NCBI GenBank assembly: GCA_965235115.1
Contig: OZ249436.1
Location: forward strand, 55,368,001 to 55,432,000
Source: Laetmonice hystrix
Taxonomy: Eukaryota
Reading direction: 5' to 3'
Length of the DNA stretch: 64,000 bases
This document shows positions 57,601 through 64,000 of the stretch, piece by piece; positions within the stretch are counted from its first letter, which is position 1; the number at the start of each line of letters is the position of its first letter. Below the pieces are notes generated by a model that was not told the DNA's origin, did no database searches, and was given only the letters and a program-made list of their open reading frames with translations. Both the position numbers and the translations under genes were made by a program.

Positions 57601-60600
57601 TAACGCCGTCCTCCCCGACAGTCGGTCTTAGACAAATACCTCAAGTGAACTTTTTTTTTATCCTTGAGGGAGAGAAAAGTGTCGTCTTACCCAGGGAGGT
57701 GGGGTCATTGACGGGGTTGACATATCTGATAGATGCTGGAGTTCAAACAAAACAGCCTTGGGTCACACAACATATTTTGTGTCGATGGCACTGATAGGGG
57801 CAGACAAAGAATACCAACAGGGGCCGGTGGCGCCCCACCCCCCTACTCCCCTACCCCCTCCAGTAAATGGGTAGGGGTTACCGCAAGCTTTTACTGTGGG
57901 AAAGAACGCAAAATGAACTGATATCCCAAACAGAAGGTTTACCACCGTAAAAGCGAAACCATTACAAGTTATATACCTCACATTGAAGATATGTTATTCA
58001 GGTAAACTTGGCGACGTGCGGGTTATTTATTAAAGTGCAGCTTTGTCTGATTGCTTTGAGACGTGGTGACAATGAGTTGGTCAGATTGTGTGTGAGGGGG
58101 CTGTCATAAACAGGACCTTTCTCCCTGCTCGGCCTCCACAGGGTGAGCATGACCGAACACAAGCCGGTCCGGTCAGGGAGTTATAGAACAGCATGGAGCG
58201 GAGGTCCTACTGCTGCCGCCACATCAAACAGGACCCGGTCCATTGTAGCAAGGCAATCGGTTGGCCTCACGGGCTCGGATCATGCTGAGGGCACGGTAAT
58301 ATCCTCCACTGTTTACCAACACCTGAATTTCCTGACTTTGATTTGTCACAATTTACTCGTCAGTAAGATCAGAAAGGCCGGTTGCAGGTGGCTGGTTTGC
58401 GATATTAGGGGCTGTCTGTGTGATCACGTGAAAGAATTTAATAGGAGTGAGGTGGACAAGTCGGTGAGCGGCTGCAGGCTCAGTGAGCACAATGGGCGTG
58501 TTTACGGTGGGTTAACAGACCGATTCTGGGCACTGCCGGTTGGTAATTGAATGCTAATCCCATCTTCTATAAACCTTCAGCCCTGCTTGATTCTGCCCTT
58601 CATTCACCTAGAACATTCCCGTGGTCTAAATCTACTCGCTCACCGTTTGTCCATCGCATTTTACAAAATTCATTGCGAACATTTAAGTCGTGTTCAACAT
58701 TTTCACAACATACAAAGAGAACGAATTTCCTTTTTATCCCCCTTTAATTTTTCACTGTCCAACTCCTTATCTGCGTTAAACACAAAGAGGAAACCCGGAG
58801 AGAAATTCACAAGTGATTGCTTCAACATTTTTAAAAGACAGAACTGGTACCCAAACTCGGATCTTTGTGTGAGTATAGAAAAAAAAGACTTAGAAATGCT
58901 AAGCAGCCCCTTAATTAAAGTGGTGACAAATGGCCTTTCTTTTCGACGATCTGATGCGACAGAAAAAGGTTTTCTATCGGAGAAAGATGGCAATCCTTGA
59001 ATGAGGAGAGAGATCAGAGAGAAAGGACGAGCCGCCTGTCACGGGAGAAGGGGCTCCAAGAGTTAAGTCGGGTCTCCGCCCCAGTCGTCTCTACTTAACT
59101 GCTCACCTTGGGACAGGTAAACACCGGTCATTTGATCGAACGCGTCAGAGACAAATTTGCAAGGCTTATCTGTGCACGATTTAAATTACCACCATGCACT
59201 GAAGAGGGAAACTGTCAGATTTCAATCGTAGGAATGGCATTCTGTGACCGGTCACAAGTGAACTTGGGACAGTTGGGGGGTGTTCTATAAGTTCTATAAG
59301 GGGCGGTAAGCTGAGGAAATGACATACCTTCATCAAAGTGTGAATTTCAACCTTTATTACTGTCATTGGATTGAGATAATTGGTGAATCGTGCAGTCAGA
59401 CAGGTGCGCGCTGGCGAGCGGTTTTCGTTAGCAGTTGTCCTCAGTCGACCCAAGTGTCCCCGCACAGTTGTCCCAAATCTCTTGGACAACTCAATATTCG
59501 GTTTGGTGTCCAAATGAGAGTTGGTCTCTTTTTTCCACCCTCTGATCGACACCACTGCACCGCTCTCAGCTTTGGATCGTTAATTGTTACAAATCCGAGA
59601 TTACAATCTGGCATCGGGTTGAGATTTTCGGACGACAGAAGTCAGTCAGAATCGAAGTTAAATGGCCCCTCTACCGCTTTCCCTTCTGTCTCTCCTACAC
59701 ACGGTCTTTTTGATCGCCGTGAAAGCCGTGGAAGATAGAATTGTTTGAGAGTGACTGGTTGAGAAATGATGCCCGGAGAGTGCATGGCCTCATGGTGCGG
59801 GAGGCGACGTCCCCCGCCCACCACGGCGCGTAGAGCCGGACGCCCGCCTCCCATGGAGTAGTAGGGTGGGCGGCTGGTCAGGTGTGGCCATCAATTGCCG
59901 CCTTCCCCACTGTCAGGTACGTGTAAACAAGAAGCCGTAAGGTGTGTTTTAAACAGCTGCTTCCATTCGAGCACACAATGATGGTGAAAGAGTGTACCCA
60001 AACCCAGGCACTGAGTCCTTCCACAGCCAAAGGCTACAATACACTTCTACTACAGCGGACTGGGCTCGCCATGTTCAGGGTTGACATCGGTGCTAGCTCG
60101 TCTGGTGCTTGTTTAAGTCACTCTCGCACTTAATTGCTTTCACCACTATTGTAGATATATGGAGTGTAGTGAAGGTTTTTTTGGTGTGCGTACAGTTAGA
60201 AGTGTGTTGACAGAAATAACAAGAATTGAACAAGACTTGAAAGACAATAAATTGGATTATGTAGTTGACAGATTAGAGCTAGCTATTTAGTTGCAGGATG
60301 ACTGGAGAATTTGTCTAGACTCATGTGAACTGTCGGTGCCCGGCGGGGGAATGGCCATTCACTTGTGATGTCCTTTTGTTACCATCACCATGCCATTCGG
60401 CAGTCTGTCAAACACAGTCTGTGTTTGCTGTGGCTGTGTTGCTTGTTAGCACCGCTAGTCACTGACAGTGTTGAGAACCGTTGACTTTTTAATATCGACT
60501 CTCCAGATGGGACGTACTAGAATTGTAAAGAAAGGCCAGACTTGTTCACTTTGGGGCTGTTCCTGCTACAAATCAGCGACACTTCTGATTCATGTAGACT

Positions 60601-61905
60601 TGTAAAAACCTACGATGGGCGACAATGGGATGAGTGTTGTCTAAATAGACGTGTTAAAAACCCAACAAGTACTCTAACAGTGAACGGAAACGAGAGCCGT
60701 GGGGAGGAAGGAGGAGGCGTGTATAAGTGTTACCTGTACTGATGGCGTTCTGATGCGGCTGGTCGTGGAGCAGTTTCTGTTGTAACCTCATGTTCGCCTC
60801 GAGTACACGAATTCTCAGTCCGAGAGCCGAGTTGATTTCCCGCTGCTTGTCCAGCATGTGGGACAGGGTCCGCGCGTCGTATAGCTAGGGGAGACGTCAT
60901 GATACAAGGTCAATTCTTGAAAGTGCTACATTGGCGCAAGTTACACATTTGCTGTAGATCTATACGTTTTACATACGACTTTTCACTTGGGACTTTTATC
61001 GTCTGTCCGATTTTTGATTTAAAGGTGTAATTTCACTCGGTTTCATCCAGATTCTGAAGATGGGTTGTTTCCTTTAATCTCAAATTCGCAAGGAAATAAA
61101 AGAGCAATGTCAAATTTTAGTGGGGTTGCCCTTTACTGCTCATATGGTTTGCAATTTTTCACTTGTGATTTTGATGGGGTAATATGTAACAAGTACCAAT
61201 TGAACGTACCTTAAAGGTTTTTTCCCATCCCGCCATGGCGTTAGTAGTTTGTTTGACCTGCCGGCGCAGCCCGTGGACCCGCCGCTGGACACTGTCTATC
61301 CGTTCACCCTGGACCCCTAACGTCCCGGTAAGGTTCACCACAAGGGTAGCCAAGTCAGGGTACTTGAAGGCTACAGGGTTACTGAAGAAAGGTGCCATGA
61401 ATTGGGTGATGTTATTGGTGATCGCAGCACTGGAAGAATCTTCTCCAGCAGGGATTGAGGCTGGAGGAACGGTTGAAGGAGTAGGATGAGGTGAGGCGGG
61501 GTTCTCCCCGTCCGGCTCCAGGCTGGAGGAGGAGGAGGAGGACGGGGTCTGGGAGAGTTTCCCCCCGGCGGCCCCTCCCTCCCGGTCACCGCCCAGCTCC
61601 AGCTCGTAGAGCTGCCCCTTGAGGTCCGAGATGTCGTTGTGGAGCTGAGAGAGGTCCGCCTGGATGGAGTTGACCATGTTGTGGAGGTGGTGGATACCCC
61701 TGCCGTACTCGTAGTGAGCAGTCATCACCTGGAGAACAGCGTCCTGGAGGTTACTCAACATGTGACACGGCGGCTGGAGAGTGTTGTCCTCCTCCTTCTC
61801 CTCCAGATCAGGAGGAGTCTGGTTCAGCGCCAAGGAGGAGGCGCCAGACACACACAGCAGGAGGAGTATGAGGGTGTGAGCCTGAGGTGTGGTCCTTGGG
61901 GTCAT
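42659..61905 (-). CDS. Secreted protein with coiled-coil/low-complexity stalk and C-terminal C-type lectin domain, ~422 aa, 4 coding exons
   Basis: Exons 61905-61210 (signal peptide MTPRTTPQAHTLILLLLCVSGASS, heptad segments), 60884-60734 (coiled-coil-like), 45178-44996 (CPEDFVRHGPSCYFFSNVSEHWVDAEKHC...HLVAIETESEQDYI) and 42897-42659 (VWTGG...WRW...FTRWRSGQP...CL...WDEWHC...YICEVML*). Phases 0,1,1 join in frame (1269 nt). The link across the 15.5 kb intron rests on phase and domain logic only. An alternative in-frame ATG lies at 61944. Confidence 0.78.
44820..44947. mobile_element. Degenerate palindromic MITE with central CCAATCAG
   Basis: GGGTCC...TCTTGCT / AGCAAGA...GGGACC symmetry; a related inverted fragment lies near 36495-36550. 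Confidence 0.45.
49545..49970. promoter_or_regulatory. Candidate enhancer: homotypic TGTCA/TGACA cluster with E-boxes and a TCF/LEF site
   Basis: 13 TGTCA/TGACA in ~420 bp of non-tandem sequence, 3 CACCTG, and ACATCAAAG at 49831. Confidence 0.5.
54582..55579. mobile_element. Nested hAT-like non-autonomous elements (inner ~54622-55310)
   Basis: Outer TIR CAGGCCCGTAGGCTG / CAGCCTACGGGCCTG with flanks tgggg/cgggg. Inner ends CAGGGGCGGA / TCTGCCCCTG. Confidence 0.72.
57404..57463. repeat. 29-bp tandem duplication
   Basis: TTGTAACCTCCCTGTCTGGTGTTAGCAGG x2. Confidence 0.85.
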
Positions 61906-62636
61906 CTTTGAGGTCAGTGTCCGGCCTCTGGGAAGGGTTCTCATTCGGTGGAGTTGAGAAGGTGGGGTAGGTGTGACGTCAGCATGGTGGCGACCGGTAC
62001 CGTACCCTCCCGGGTCCGGAGAGGTGGGGTGGAGGTCTCTGGGGTAGGAACCTCTCACAGCCGTTTACATCTACACACCACTGAAACACAAGGGAGAAAA
62101 CACAATCACTGCTATAGAATGGATTGTAACTACACAATCGTCCAAGGATGGTTGAAGTGAAACGTTATAACCAGTTGAAGGAATGCCAGAGGTGGACTCA
62201 AAGCTTCCTTTAACCAGTCGGATCGCGACTATACGACGTTTACCAGCCAATTAGGTGTGTTTGAATGATCATCAGTTTGTTCTCAGAGAAACGGCTATAA
62301 GTTACAGTCACAATAGGAAAAGTGGAATCATTATACAGTAGCCAGTAACAGAGAGTTGTTATATTGTCAGACACCAACTTGTGTACGATCTATTATTTAA
62401 TTCCCCGAGTGGCGGCCCACTTAACCTGGGCAGGCTTGTCACACTTTGAAACGGTTGTAAGTAGACAATACCAGACTTGTGTGTGATGGCAGTAAGTGAG
62501 CAGAGGAAGAGGATGCCGACAAGGGGAGAGGTACACGACAAAGGCATAGATCCATCACCGAGTATATATAGCCAGCCTCTCAAGTCAAACTCCTGTTTGG
62601 GGGTCTCACAGGGAAACCTGACCAGACCCTCGGCTG

Positions 62637-62676
62637 GACTGACTGACTGACTGACAGACTGACTTACTGACTGACT
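62637..62676 (+). repeat. (GACT)n microsatellite
   Basis: ~10 imperfect copies. Confidence 0.85.
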
Positions 62677-62757
62677 GCCCACCGGATGCTTGTTCCTCTT
62701 CTGTTATGGACGTTACTTACACCTCAGGTTTCTGTGTTTTGAGACAGTCGCACTCTT

Positions 62758-62885
62758 GGGTTTGGTTCACAAACAAAATCAAGCCAATTTTAATTAACTT
62801 GAAATCCATTTTAACCAATCAGATTCAAGTAAAATTGACTTCAAGTCCATTAAAATTGACTTGACTTTGTTTGTGAACCGGGCCC
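62758..62885. mobile_element. Palindromic MITE with central CCAATCAG
   Basis: Arms GGTTCACAAACAAAATCAAGCCAATTTTAAT / ATTAAAATTGACTTGACTTTGTTTGTGAACC. Confidence 0.65.
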
Positions 62886-64000
62886 TGACCTCTCTACTTT
62901 TGACCTTTTGACTCCGAATTAAGAAAAATCATACCCTTGCTTGTAATACCTTTATTGTTGTGTTTAATACCCCTAATTTCCTTGTTTCATACCTATGTCG
63001 TGTATGTGATACCCTTGACCTGTGTTTAATACCCATGACTCCTGTGCAAAATACCCCTCACTTACGTGTTTGATTCTCTGACTCCTCACCCCCACCCAAT
63101 CCCACCCAAATGCAACTTTTTAAACGCAGCAACACATCGACTTAAGATTTCCGTATTACTTGGCAAATGGTACATTTTTTCTATACTACACGAAAGTCAA
63201 CAAGTGGGTCGTCTTTGAAGGGGTCACATTAATTCCTCTAGTGAAGTATTTCTTATAATTAGTTTGTACACGGAGTATGGGTTCCAGCACAAGTTTGGCC
63301 ATTATAATTACCAGGGTCAAGTGGGAAGTCAATATCGATTCAAATCTTAGATTAGTTTCTCATTTTTAGCTGCAAAGCCAACTGATGGCGTGACCTTGGA
63401 AAGTGATTGCCGACACATTATGGTTGTATCAGCGAGCGTAGATTAGTAAATATGAGAGAATGAATATTTGACATGTACTCGATCAGATTCCTGCCAGGTC
63501 ATGAAGAACCTCCTTGTACGCGGTCAGGCTATGCGTAGACATCTCTGAAAGTTTTGTCTGTGAGTATGTCTTTAAAACGTCCTTGAAATGTCATTGACAA
63601 AATGTATAAAACAACTTCTTATATAGATGGAAACTGTGAAATATTATAACCCTTCATGTTCTATAAAGTTTTTAATTAAGAGAATCAATGTCTTTGTTCT
63701 TTATGGTGATGAAAACAGCACTATCAATCGGAACATGTAATAACCCCGTCCGCTACCGATGAAGAGCTGCGTAACGATCAACGAATACCTCGTTAAGAGT
63801 TTTTTTTTCTCAAAAGCTGCAAGACCTTTGCCATGTTAAGTCTAGATGCAAGTTGAAACGCGGTATTATGTTCCCCATACTTGCCTTTGAGTCGTGTGAA
63901 TTATAGAAGTCCCTGATTCATATAAACCACCAAGCCGTTCGTGACAAATTCGAGAAGAGATTCCCTTACCACTCAGTTTGCTCTCAGGAATGTTGTAGTG

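Noticed and set aside
46300..60700. Numerous 60-150 aa ORFs in the lectin long intron, and seed-like matches to known miRNAs (e.g. TGGACGGAGAA at ~49089 and ~49694)
   Set aside because: No recognisable domains or consistent splice phases; miRNA matches do not extend past ~11 nt and lack hairpins.
63488..63540. FLPGHEE resembling the missing YTHDC2 RecA2 motif FLPGYDE
   Set aside because: Flanks (YSIR...PPCTRSGYA*) do not match, there is no suitable phase-1 acceptor, and an in-frame stop follows.

Overview
Eukaryotic, intron-rich genomic DNA from an invertebrate animal; the Pygopus PHD sequence is protostome-like, so probably a lophotrochozoan (inference). I assembled five spliced protein-coding genes by hand using GT-AG sites and reading-frame phase. 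(1) The last three exons of an unidentified His/Pro/Ser-rich protein (+, 422-2777). (2) Complete METTL5, the 18S rRNA m6A methyltransferase (-, 5 exons). (3) Complete pygopus (+, 4 exons), head-to-head with METTL5. (4) The first 13 exons of YTHDC2 (+, 17366-27588: R3H, DExH RecA1, ankyrin insert); I found no further YTHDC2 exon in the remaining 36 kb. (5) A complete antisense gene for a secreted coiled-coil plus C-type lectin protein (-, 42659-61905) inside that gap. Introns carry many non-autonomous DNA transposons (3-, 5-, 6- and 10-bp TSDs, some nested), a composite 87/79/42-bp minisatellite with an open Thr/Ser-rich frame, and a dense TGTCA motif cluster. Most ORFs in the supplied track are spurious. 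I recognised no prokaryotic-type system, tRNA, rRNA or CRISPR array.
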